The notes below the pieces were generated by a model. That model was not told where the DNA came from and did no database searches. It saw only the letters and a program-made list of their open reading frames with translations. DNA of 64,000 nucleotides from NCBI GenBank assembly GCA_919901855.1, contig CAKKQC010000010.1, positions 43,214 to 107,213 of the forward strand. Direction: 5' to 3'. Origin of the DNA: a bacterium (GTDB lineage: Bacteria; Oederibacteriota; CAKKQC01). Positions 37,273 to 46,228 of the stretch are shown here, one piece after another; positions within the stretch are counted from its first letter, which is position 1; each line of letters opens with the position of its first letter. A program made the position numbers and the translations under genes.

Positions 37273-39255
37273 TCAGGGGGGCAGGACGTAGAGGCCCGGG
37301 CGGCCCGTGATCAGCGAGACCACGGTCCAGACCGAGGCGATCAGGGATTCCCCCAGGATCAGCCCCAGGAAGAACGGCAGGGCGCGCCGATAGGCGGTCG
37401 CGCCGCCGAACGTCATCGCGCACCACTTCGCCAGCCAGCCCAGGAAGATCGAGAACCAGATGGCCGCGATGGCCCAGGTGCCGCACATGATGAACCCGAA
37501 CGGCGTGAGCGGCCACCACAGGAACCGGGCGCGCAGGAACAGCATTCCGGCCGCCAGCGCCGCCCCGATTCCGGCGTGCGCGACGGACACGGGGAGGATC
37601 CGGACGCGACCGGCGGCCAGCCAGTCGTACGTACGGGGAGACTTCTGGTGGCCGACGAGGTTTCCGAAGTAGCCCTGCTGCATCTGGAGGTTAGCGAAGT
37701 CGTCGCCGTTCACGCCGCCGTACTTGTAGCAGGTCGTGATGCGACCGGCCGCCGAGGCCAGGATGGCGACGACGACCGTCACGCCGAACACGGCGAGGAC
37801 GCGGCCCGCGTGCAGCCGCGCGAGGGTCGCGGCGCGGACGCCGTTCATGAGGTAGGGCATCAGGATCTCGCGCAGCGTGTGCATGAGCACGCCCTTCTGC
37901 ATCGTGAGCCCGACCAGCGTTCGCGGGCCCATCCAACCGGAGGGCACCAGTCCCGTAGCCACGTCGTAGGCGGCCACATCGCTCACGACGAAGAGGAGCC
38001 CGGCCTCCGCCACCAGCCGCGTGAGCACGAGCAGGACGCAGAGGAAGAGGATGATCGCGGCGACGGCTGCCCACCACACCACGCCCGCGGCCATCAGCCA
38101 CGCAACCATCCCGGCGACGCCGCCGGCGGCCAGGACGAGCGTGAGCCGGGCCGGGAGCAGGTCGTCGCCCGCCCGGCCTCCCCACGCGTCCCGGAGCCAT
38201 CGCGCCAGGGACGCGCGCGCCGACCACGTGAGGAAGCCCGCGATCGTGACGATGGCCCCCGCGGCCTCGTGCACGGACACCTGCCGCCACCAGTCGCTGT
38301 AGAACCCGCCCTCGCCCCCGGCTCCAGCCCACGCGATCCAGACGTAGCTCAGCTTGTAGAGGACGAAGAATACCCAGAACGACAGCGAGACTTCGGTCGA
38401 GAGGAGAAACGTGAGCCCGATTATCGAGAAGTACACGTTCGCGTCCGCGAGGTCGAACTCGCTCCACGGCCGGTCGGGGAACAGCCCGTACGTGGACCAG
38501 CCGAGCTGGATCGCGGGGAGGGCGGGGTAGTACGACCGCAGCCCGTTCACGCCGAGCACGAGGATGGGCACGGCGGCGCCGAGCCAGACCGTGGGGGTAG
38601 TCAGGAACGCGTTCAGCCGCCTCCCCTCGGCGGGTTCCCGGGTCATCTCGAGCGGCAGGTAGACGATCGGGAAGATGAGCCGCTCGCGGTCCGCCCACTG
38701 CCGGAAGAAGAGCGACGTGAGCGCGAACATGGCGCCGTACAGGAGGAGCGCGAACGCGGACCAGACCGCGAGCGGCCGCAGCCACAGCCCCCAGGGAATC
38801 GACCGGTCCTTCGGGAGCCCCTCGAAGAACCAGCGCGCCGCGGAGCTGTTCGGGTCCCGCGTGACGACCATCCAGGCCGGCAGGTGCGGGAGCAGGTACG
38901 TGTCGTACCCGTTCGCGTTCGTGGCGTAGTACGCGGGGCCGACCAGCCAGCCGGGCAGGTACCGCATGAGCCCGGACGCCCCGATTCCCCCCGCGACCCC
39001 GATCATGCCCCACACGAGCAGGAGTTCGCCCTGCCCGAACCGCATCCGGGCGGGCACGAACGCGTTGAACCCCAGGATCATGGCGAGCAGGACGCCGACG
39101 CCGGCGGTGGGCAGGTGGTTGCCCATGAGCAGCGTGTTGCGCAGGTAGTAGTCGTTGTAGTTCATGACGAGGTTCATCGCCACCGCGCACAGCAGTCCGA
39201 GGCACACGGCCCGCGCCGTCACGGGTGATCCGGCGCTTCTTCTATCGTCATTCAC
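37273..39255 (-). CDS. Large polytopic membrane protein, unknown function
   Basis: 660-aa ORF with >12 hydrophobic helices; aromatic-rich loops; no catalytic motif recognised. Confidence 0.5.
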   Translation of the reverse strand: MNDDRRSAGSPVTARAVCLGLLCAVAMNLVMNYNDYYLRNTLLMGNHLPTAGVGVLLAMILGFNAFVPARMRFGQGELLLVWGMIGVAGGIGASGLMRYLPGWLVGPAYYATNANGYDTYLLPHLPAWMVVTRDPNSSAARWFFEGLPKDRSIPWGLWLRPLAVWSAFALLLYGAMFALTSLFFRQWADRERLIFPIVYLPLEMTREPAEGRRLNAFLTTPTVWLGAAVPILVLGVNGLRSYYPALPAIQLGWSTYGLFPDRPWSEFDLADANVYFSIIGLTFLLSTEVSLSFWVFFVLYKLSYVWIAWAGAGGEGGFYSDWWRQVSVHEAAGAIVTIAGFLTWSARASLARWLRDAWGGRAGDDLLPARLTLVLAAGGVAGMVAWLMAAGVVWWAAVAAIILFLCVLLVLTRLVAEAGLLFVVSDVAAYDVATGLVPSGWMGPRTLVGLTMQKGVLMHTLREILMPYLMNGVRAATLARLHAGRVLAVFGVTVVVAILASAAGRITTCYKYGGVNGDDFANLQMQQGYFGNLVGHQKSPRTYDWLAAGRVRILPVSVAHAGIGAALAAGMLFLRARFLWWPLTPFGFIMCGTWAIAAIWFSIFLGWLAKWCAMTFGGATAYRRALPFFLGLILGESLIASVWTVVSLITGRPGLYVLPP

Positions 39256-39326
39256 GGCGTCATTATAAGGGCGTCGGCGTCGGCCTTCGCCGGACCTTGC
39301 CGCCGAAGCGGCGGTACGATGGGGGC

Positions 39327-40703
39327 GTGATCAGGGAACCCGTCCACAAGGCCCGGCCGCCGGAACTCCGGGTCCCGCTCCTCCTGAACCCCGGCAAGGG
39401 ATGCGCCACCTTCCAGCGGTTCAACGGCGATCCCCTCAACCCCGGGGAGGCGTGGTCCGAGGAGGGCCCGCTTACATTCCCCCACGCCGACACGTGGGTT
39501 GCCGAGGGCTACCTACCCTCGACCGTCGCCTACTGCCGGTGGTTCTGGCACGTCCTCGAACCGGAGCCGGGGCGGATCGATTTCGATATGGTCGAAGGCG
39601 CGCTCGTCGCCGCGAAGGCCCGCGGCCAGTCCCTGCAAGTCCGGCTCATGCCGTTCGGCTCCCTTCACCAGCCCCAGCTCCCGGCGTGGTACCAGGCCAA
39701 GCATCCGCCGACGATGGCGAAGACGGACCCGCCGGGCGGCCGCAGCCACCTCGAGCCCGACCACGACAGCCCGGAGTATTTCGACGCGTGGGGCCGCGTG
39801 ATCGCCGAGTTCGGCCGCCGGTTCGACGGCCATCCGGATCTCGAGAGCGTGGACCTCGCCTTCCTCGGGCCCTGGGGCGAGGGCGCGGGCGACGCGAAGC
39901 GCGAGACCGTGGACCGGTTCGTGGACCTCTACGTCCAGTCACATCCGAAGACGCTCCTGCTCGCGAACACGGACGGATACCAGTTCGAGTGCGGGGCCGC
40001 GCGCGGGTGCGGGTGGCGGTGCGACTGCTTCGGCGACCTGCGGGGGCGCAAGGAGGCGGCGGGGAAGCCCTACCTCGCCTGGAACCATACTTACGAGTTC
40101 TACCCGCAGGCCGTGGCCGCGGCGTTGGCCGCGGACGTGTGGCGAACCCGGCCGATCACGTTCGAGACCTGTGCCACGCCGCTCGGGTGGCGGAACAAGT
40201 GGTACGCGGGGATCGAGGACCTCGAGTTCATGCTCGCGCAGGGGCTCAAGTTCCACGCCTCGGTCTTCATGCCCAAGTCCTCGCCGATCCCGGCCGAGTA
40301 CCTGGACCCGCTGGCCGTGTTCTGCGACGCGATGGGGTACCGGTTCGTGCTCCGCCAGGCGCGGTGGCAGGGCGCCGTCGAGCGCGGCGGCACCATGGAC
40401 CTCGAGCTCTGGATCGAGAACACGGGCACCGCGCCGGTCTACCGCGACTACCGCCTCGCCTTCCGGATCGAGAGCGCGGGCGCGGAGGCGGTCGTGCCCG
40501 TCGAGGGCGAAGCTAGGGGTTGGCTTCCGGGCGACGCGATCATCGAGCGCACGGTCTCCGTGCCCCGCGGCCTGCCCGCGGGCGCCGCGCGGCTCTCGGC
40601 GGGGCTCGTCCGGCCGGGCGAGGCCGTTCCAGCCGTCCGGTTCGCGAACGCGGGGACGGACGCCGACGGCTGGTTGCCGCTGGGCGAGGTCCGCGTCGCA
40701 TGA
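39327..40703 (+). CDS. Putative TIM-barrel glycoside hydrolase-like protein (GH42-like), start uncertain
   Basis: W.W..LEPEPG.IDFDMV...A...G..L.VRLMPFG pattern resembles GH42-type barrels; ORF open from 39225; no in-frame ATG near the 5' end. Confidence 0.4.
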   Translation: MIREPVHKARPPELRVPLLLNPGKGCATFQRFNGDPLNPGEAWSEEGPLTFPHADTWVAEGYLPSTVAYCRWFWHVLEPEPGRIDFDMVEGALVAAKARGQSLQVRLMPFGSLHQPQLPAWYQAKHPPTMAKTDPPGGRSHLEPDHDSPEYFDAWGRVIAEFGRRFDGHPDLESVDLAFLGPWGEGAGDAKRETVDRFVDLYVQSHPKTLLLANTDGYQFECGAARGCGWRCDCFGDLRGRKEAAGKPYLAWNHTYEFYPQAVAAALAADVWRTRPITFETCATPLGWRNKWYAGIEDLEFMLAQGLKFHASVFMPKSSPIPAEYLDPLAVFCDAMGYRFVLRQARWQGAVERGGTMDLELWIENTGTAPVYRDYRLAFRIESAGAEAVVPVEGEARGWLPGDAIIERTVSVPRGLPAGAARLSAGLVRPGEAVPAVRFANAGTDADGWLPLGEVRVA

Positions 40704-42136
40704 AGCGGATCCGGTACGAGCTCGCGGGCGGGCCGGACGCGCGGGACCTGGAGGCGGTGCGTGGGCAGGTCCTCGAGGTCCTCGAGAAGGTGGGCGTGGA
40801 CTGTCCCCACGAACGGACGCTCAACCGGCTGGCGGGCGACACCGGGATCCGCGTGGACGGGAGCCGCGTGTACTTCGCCCCGTCCCTCGTGGACGCGACC
40901 ATCGAGGCGTTCCGCCGCGCCGGGCCGCAGCGGGCGGTGCCCGACGAGGTGACCATCGGGGGGCCGTGGAACTGCTTCAACATCGAGGACATGGAGACCG
41001 GCCGGGTCCGGGCTTCCACCTCCCGCGATGTCCGCGAGATGTTCAAGCTCCTGTATGCCGCCGGGGGCGGGCCCGTCATGCTCGGGGCGGTCCGGGGCGG
41101 CCCCGTCAGTCCGGTCTTTCCGGCCGATATCCCGGGGCCCCTCCAGGTCCTTTACGTCGAGAAGGCGGGGATCGAGCTCACGCGGACGACCGGGTCCCTG
41201 CTCGAGTTCGGCGACGAGCGGATGGAGGAGATCGCGATCGAGATGCATAAGGCCGCCGGCCGACGCTACCGGATGATGGTCGAGTTCCCGATCAGCCCGC
41301 TCCGGTTCAACCCCCGGGGACTGGACAAGATCTGGACCTACCGGGACCGGACGGATATCGATCTTTACGCCGCGGCGGCCCCGATCCCGCAGGCCGGCGC
41401 CACCGCCCCGCGCGTCCTGCCGGGCGGGATCGTGCAGTCCGTGGCCGAGACCTACGCGGGCGCCATCACCGTGGACCGGATCACGGAGGGGCGCATCCCC
41501 GTCCGGCCCGAGTTCCGGCTCGAGATCTCGGACCTCCGGACGATGACCACCGCCTTCGGGGGCGCGCCCGAGTACCTGGTCACGCAGATGGCGATGCGGG
41601 ACGTCTACCGGTACTTCACCGGGAACCCGCGGATCGAGTGCTGTTTCCAGACCAACGCCAAGCGGTGCGACCTCCAGGCCATGATGGAGAAGACCTCGTG
41701 GGTGGTCGTCCACGCGCTCGGAGGCTTCCGCGACTTCTGGTTCGGCGCCGGCCAGCTCTCGATGGACGAGGTCTTCAGCCCGGCCCAGTTCGTGATCGAC
41801 CTCGAGCTCGGCCGCTATGCCGCCCGCCTCGTCCGGGGCGTGGCCTGGGACGACGAGCCGGGGGCGGCCTTTCGCGTGATCGCGGAGGCGGCGCCGGGCG
41901 GCGACTACCTCACCCACGACAGCACGATGGGGGCGCTGGGAGACCTCCACGAGTCCGACCTCTTCCCGCGGACGAGCGTGGCGCAGTGGCGCGAGGCGGG
42001 GGAGCCGGATCTCAGGGATCGCGCGATCGCGAAGGCGAAGGCCCTGATCGCGGGGCACGACCACCGGCTGGACGAGCGGGTCCAGCGCGAACTCGACCGC
42101 CTATGGGCGAAGGCGCAGGCGTTGGCGGGCGGTTGA
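40700..42136 (+). CDS. MttB-family (trimethylamine methyltransferase-like) protein, non-pyrrolysine type
   Basis: ATGA overlap; ~478 aa; N-terminal RIRYEL...VLEVLEKVGV and overall pattern of MttB superfamily; no in-frame amber codon. Confidence 0.6.
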   Translation: MKRIRYELAGGPDARDLEAVRGQVLEVLEKVGVDCPHERTLNRLAGDTGIRVDGSRVYFAPSLVDATIEAFRRAGPQRAVPDEVTIGGPWNCFNIEDMETGRVRASTSRDVREMFKLLYAAGGGPVMLGAVRGGPVSPVFPADIPGPLQVLYVEKAGIELTRTTGSLLEFGDERMEEIAIEMHKAAGRRYRMMVEFPISPLRFNPRGLDKIWTYRDRTDIDLYAAAAPIPQAGATAPRVLPGGIVQSVAETYAGAITVDRITEGRIPVRPEFRLEISDLRTMTTAFGGAPEYLVTQMAMRDVYRYFTGNPRIECCFQTNAKRCDLQAMMEKTSWVVVHALGGFRDFWFGAGQLSMDEVFSPAQFVIDLELGRYAARLVRGVAWDDEPGAAFRVIAEAAPGGDYLTHDSTMGALGDLHESDLFPRTSVAQWREAGEPDLRDRAIAKAKALIAGHDHRLDERVQRELDRLWAKAQALAGG

Positions 42137-42174
42137 GCGTCCCCGCCGTCCCGCCTGCTACCATTGACCGAGCC

Positions 42175-43674
42175 ATGGGCCGGTTACTGCTCCGACTCTT
42201 CCTCGCCGTCTTCGTCGTATTCGCTTTCCTCCCGTCCCGGGCCGGGTGGGCGATGGGAACCCGGATGCGCCAGCCCAATATCGTCTTTATCCTCGCGGAC
42301 GACCTCGGGTGGGCCGATCTCGGCTGTTACGGCAACCGCATCTTCGAGACTCCGAACATCGACGGGCTCGCGCGGTCGGGCGTCCGGTTCACGGAGGCCC
42401 ACGTCTGCACCGTCTGCATGCCCTCCCGGGTCGGGATCCTGACCGGCAAGAACCCGACCCGGCTCGCCAGCCTGTACGGCGCCACCGAGCCCTGCCGCGC
42501 CACGCCCTGGGATTCCCTCCCGCCGGGGGAGGTCACGTACGCGGAGGCGCTCGCCGCCGCCGGGTACGCAACCGGACACGTGGGCAAGTGGGGCGTCCGG
42601 CACTGGCAGGACCGGGGGGAGCGCGACCGGGGCTTCGCGTGGTGCGCGTTCACCGAGGACTGGTACTTCCTGCCGAACTACCGGTACCCGTTCTTCACCG
42701 GCGAGAACCACTTCCTCGACCTGGCGCCGGCCGAGGACCCCGGGTACCTCGTCGACGCCATGACGGCGAAGGCGGAGGCGTTCCTTACCGAGCACCGGGA
42801 CCGGCCGTTCCTGCTCACGCTCTCGCATTTCGCGGTCCACACGCCGATCGCGAACCAGGGCAAGCCGGAGCTGGCCGCCCGGATCCGGGAGCGGGCGAAG
42901 GCCGCGGGGGTCACGGTCACGCCCGACTACGGCGCGATCGTCGAGAGCCTGGACGCGAGCACGGGCCGGATCCTGGCCACGCTCCGGAAGCTGGGCCTCG
43001 AGGAGCGCACCGTCGTGGTCTTCCTCTCCGACAACGGGGGCGAGTGGAACCCCGAGACTCCCGGCGGCTTGGCCGTCACGTCGAACGCGCCCCTGCGCGG
43101 GGGGAAGGCGACCGTGTACGAGGGCGGGATCCGGGTCCCCCTGATCGTGCGGTGGCCGGGGACGGTGAAGCCGGGGACCGTCACCGCGGCGCTGACCGCG
43201 GTCGAGGACGTCTACCCGACCCTCCTGGGGATCGCGGGCGTCCCGGTACCGGCGAAGCAGAAGATCGACGGCGTCAGCCTCGTCCCCGTGCTCGACGGGT
43301 CGCGGGCGAGCGTCCGGGAGACGATGTTCACCCAGTGGGAGGGCGCGGTCGCGCGCCGGGGGCCGTGGAAGCTGATCGAGTACCCGCCGTACGTCCCCAC
43401 GGCCGCCGAGATCGAATCCGGCCGCGCGAAGGCGGCGAAGAAGGGCAAGCCGTACACGCCGCCGGAACCCAGGCGGTTCGCGCTCGAGCTCTACAACCTC
43501 GCCGACGACCTCGGGGAGACGCACGACCTCTCGGCCGGGCAGCCCGGGATCGTCCGCGACCTGCGCCGCGAGCTCCACGCGTGGATGAAGGCCATGGTCG
43601 GCGAGGCGCAATACTCCCTGGACCGTCCGCGCGCGGACGCGAAGGCGCAGGGCCAGACCTACCCCGATCCCTGA
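42175..43674 (+). CDS. Sulfatase (formylglycine-dependent, Cys-type), secreted
   Basis: Signal peptide; PNIVFILADDLGWADLGCYG; CMPSR FGly motif; GKWG and SDNGG blocks. Confidence 0.85.
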   Translation: MGRLLLRLFLAVFVVFAFLPSRAGWAMGTRMRQPNIVFILADDLGWADLGCYGNRIFETPNIDGLARSGVRFTEAHVCTVCMPSRVGILTGKNPTRLASLYGATEPCRATPWDSLPPGEVTYAEALAAAGYATGHVGKWGVRHWQDRGERDRGFAWCAFTEDWYFLPNYRYPFFTGENHFLDLAPAEDPGYLVDAMTAKAEAFLTEHRDRPFLLTLSHFAVHTPIANQGKPELAARIRERAKAAGVTVTPDYGAIVESLDASTGRILATLRKLGLEERTVVVFLSDNGGEWNPETPGGLAVTSNAPLRGGKATVYEGGIRVPLIVRWPGTVKPGTVTAALTAVEDVYPTLLGIAGVPVPAKQKIDGVSLVPVLDGSRASVRETMFTQWEGAVARRGPWKLIEYPPYVPTAAEIESGRAKAAKKGKPYTPPEPRRFALELYNLADDLGETHDLSAGQPGIVRDLRRELHAWMKAMVGEAQYSLDRPRADAKAQGQTYPDP

Positions 43675-43724
43675 CGGGCCCCGCGGACTCCGGCGGCCGG
43701 GCAACGGGGTATAATCCCTTTCGC

Positions 43725-44708
43725 ATGCGACTGGTCCAGCTTTTCCTCGAGGGCGGCGCGCGCCGCGTGGCGGTCTCCGACGGCGGGCCGCTCCGGATCA
43801 TCCGCGGCGTGGCCACGACGATCGAGCTGGGGCGCCGGGCGATCGCGGACGGGACCGGGCTGGCCCTTACGGTCGAGGCGCTCGGGTTCGACGGAACCGC
43901 GGACTGGGACCGGGAGCTCGGGGCGGGCCGGGTACTGCCCCCCGCGGATCATCCCGAGCCGGCCCGGTGTCACGTCACCGGCACCGGGCTGACCCATCTC
44001 GGGAGCGCCGACGCGCGCGCGAAGATGCACGCGACGCTGGCGGCCGGGGATCTCACCGACTCGATGCGGATGTTCAAGCTGGGGCTCGAGGGCGGCAAGC
44101 CGGCGGACGGCGGCGCGGGCGTACAGCCCGAGTGGTTCTACAAGGGCAACGGCCTCTCCGTGGTCCCACCCGGTGGGGCTCTCGTCCGGCCGTCGTTCGC
44201 CCTCGACGGCGGGGACGAGGCCGAGATCTGCGGCGTCTACCTCGTCGGCGACGACGGGACGCCCTGGCGCCTCGGGTTCGCGCTCGGCAATGAGTTCTCG
44301 GACCACGCCATGGAGCGGATCAACTACCTCTACCTCGCCCACTCCAAGCTGCGCGCCTGCGCCTTCGGCCCCGAACTGCTGGTCGGCGGCCTGCCGGGCA
44401 GCGTCCGGGGCCGGGTCGCCGTGGTCCGGAACGGCGCCCCGGTGTGGGAGAGGGAGTTCCTGAGCGGCGAGGAGAACATGACGCACACGATCGCGAATCT
44501 CGAGGCGCACCACTTCAAGTACCCGTTCTTCCGTCGTCCCGGCGACCTCCACGTGCACTTCTTCGGGACGGGGACGTTCTCGTTCCGGGACGGGATCGCG
44601 GTCGGGGACGGCGACGTGCTCCGGATCGAGTCCGAGGTCTTCGGCCGCCCGCTCGAGAATCCCGTGCGGTTCGACCCCGCGGAGTTCGTCGCCGTGAGGG
44701 CCCTGTGA
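43725..44708 (+). CDS. Fumarylacetoacetate hydrolase (FAH) family protein, GguC/2-keto-3-deoxy-pentonate dehydratase-like
   Basis: ~327 aa; WFYKGNG and EICGVYLVGDDG regions resemble FAH-fold GguC/KdxD-like proteins; family call from memory only. Confidence 0.5.
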   Translation: MRLVQLFLEGGARRVAVSDGGPLRIIRGVATTIELGRRAIADGTGLALTVEALGFDGTADWDRELGAGRVLPPADHPEPARCHVTGTGLTHLGSADARAKMHATLAAGDLTDSMRMFKLGLEGGKPADGGAGVQPEWFYKGNGLSVVPPGGALVRPSFALDGGDEAEICGVYLVGDDGTPWRLGFALGNEFSDHAMERINYLYLAHSKLRACAFGPELLVGGLPGSVRGRVAVVRNGAPVWEREFLSGEENMTHTIANLEAHHFKYPFFRRPGDLHVHFFGTGTFSFRDGIAVGDGDVLRIESEVFGRPLENPVRFDPAEFVAVRAL

Positions 44709-46171
44709 GCGGGATGGCGGTCGACGAGGCCGTCAGCGCCGCGGTCGCGGCGTTCCCGGAGTACCGGGCCCGCTCCCGGGAGGAGATCGCGCGATTCCTG
44801 GACGCGATCGGGGAAGGCATCCTGGGGCTCGGCGACGTCCTGCTGGAGACCTGCGCCGCCGAGACCGGCCTGCCGCGGGCCCGGCTCGAGGGCGAGCGGG
44901 CGCGGACCGTGGGCCAGCTCGGGCTCTTCGCCCGCGTCGTCGGCGAGGGCTCCTGGGTCCGGGCGCGCATTGACCGGGCCCTGCCGGACCGCAAGCCGGC
45001 GCCCCGGCCCGACATCCGGTCCATGCTCGTCCCGCTGGGCCCGGTCGCCGTCTTCGGGTCGTCGAACTTCCCGTTCGCGTTCTCGACGGCGGGCGGCGAC
45101 ACCGCCTCGGCGCTCGCGGCCGGCTGTCCCGTGATCGTGAAGGCGCATTCCGGGCACCCGGGGACCTCGGATCTCGTGGCTGGGGTGGTGTCCGCGGCCG
45201 TGAAGTCGGCCGGACTGCCGGCGGGGGTGTTCAGCCACGTGCACTGCGACCATGCCGGGGGCCTGGCGCTCGTCCGCGCGGCCGGGGTGAAGGCGGCGGG
45301 GTTCACGGGGTCGCTCGCGGCCGGCCGCGCGCTGTTCGACGCCGCCGCATCCCGGCCCGACCCGATTCCCCTGTTCGCGGAGATGGGATCGGTGAACCCC
45401 GTGGTCGTCCTGCCGTCCGCGCTCGCGGGCGGCGCCGCCGGGCTGGCGGAATCCCTGTGCGGCTCCGTGACCCTGGGCGTCGGCCAGTTCTGCACGAATC
45501 CCGGGCTCGTGTTCGTCCTGGAGGGACCTGGTACGGACGCCTTCCTCGCCGCCCTCGCGGGGCGCATTGCGGCGACCCCGCCGGCGGCGATGCTGACGGG
45601 GGCCATCCTCGCCGCCTACGTCGCGGGAGTCGAGCGGATGGCCGCCGTGCCCGGCGTGACCGTGGCCGGCCGGGCGGCGACGGCGCCGGACCGGCCGAGG
45701 CGCGAGGGCGCCGCCGTGGTCATGGCGGTGTCGGGCGCCGTCTTCCTGGCGACGCCGGTGTTGCGCGAAGAGATCTTCGGCCCGTCGACGCTGGTCGTTC
45801 GTTGTGCCGACAACGACGAACTGGAGGCCGGGATTGCCGCCCTGCCCGGCCAGCTCACGGCCACGGTGCACGGGACCGAACCGGATGTCGCCTCCCGCCC
45901 CGGGCTCGTCTCCCTCCTGCGCGACCGGTCGGGCCGGCTTCTCTTCGGCGGCGTCCCCACCGGCGTCGAGGTCGGGGACTCGATGCAGCACGGGGGACCC
46001 TGGCCCGCGACCACCGACGCGCGGTTCACCTCGGTGGGCAGTGCCGCGATCCTCCGGTTCGTGCGGCCCGCGGCCTGGCAGGGCTTCCCCGACGCCCTGC
46101 TCCCGCCCGCGTTGCGGGACGCCAACCCCTTGAGGATTCACCGGCTCGTGGACGGTGTCTGGACCGCGTGA
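44705..46171 (+). CDS. Aldehyde dehydrogenase family (alpha-ketoglutarate semialdehyde dehydrogenase-like)
   Basis: GTGA overlap with upstream gene; FGSSNFPF, catalytic Cys region GQFCTNPG, and EEIFGP blocks. Confidence 0.8.
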   Translation: MSGMAVDEAVSAAVAAFPEYRARSREEIARFLDAIGEGILGLGDVLLETCAAETGLPRARLEGERARTVGQLGLFARVVGEGSWVRARIDRALPDRKPAPRPDIRSMLVPLGPVAVFGSSNFPFAFSTAGGDTASALAAGCPVIVKAHSGHPGTSDLVAGVVSAAVKSAGLPAGVFSHVHCDHAGGLALVRAAGVKAAGFTGSLAAGRALFDAAASRPDPIPLFAEMGSVNPVVVLPSALAGGAAGLAESLCGSVTLGVGQFCTNPGLVFVLEGPGTDAFLAALAGRIAATPPAAMLTGAILAAYVAGVERMAAVPGVTVAGRAATAPDRPRREGAAVVMAVSGAVFLATPVLREEIFGPSTLVVRCADNDELEAGIAALPGQLTATVHGTEPDVASRPGLVSLLRDRSGRLLFGGVPTGVEVGDSMQHGGPWPATTDARFTSVGSAAILRFVRPAAWQGFPDALLPPALRDANPLRIHRLVDGVWTA

Positions 46172-46228
46172 CCTCCGTGCGGGGCTATGATACTGGGGTG
46201 CTCCAATACATGAAGGGTTTCGCCAACC

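Noticed and set aside
40700-42136. Pyrrolysine-type MttB (in-frame amber codon)
   Set aside because: The ORF is uninterrupted across its whole length, so this is a non-Pyl MttB-family member.
43405-43420. TTCGAATCC-like T-loop motif suggesting a third tRNA
   Set aside because: It lies inside the sulfatase coding frame (AEIESGRA) and has no surrounding acceptor or anticodon stems.
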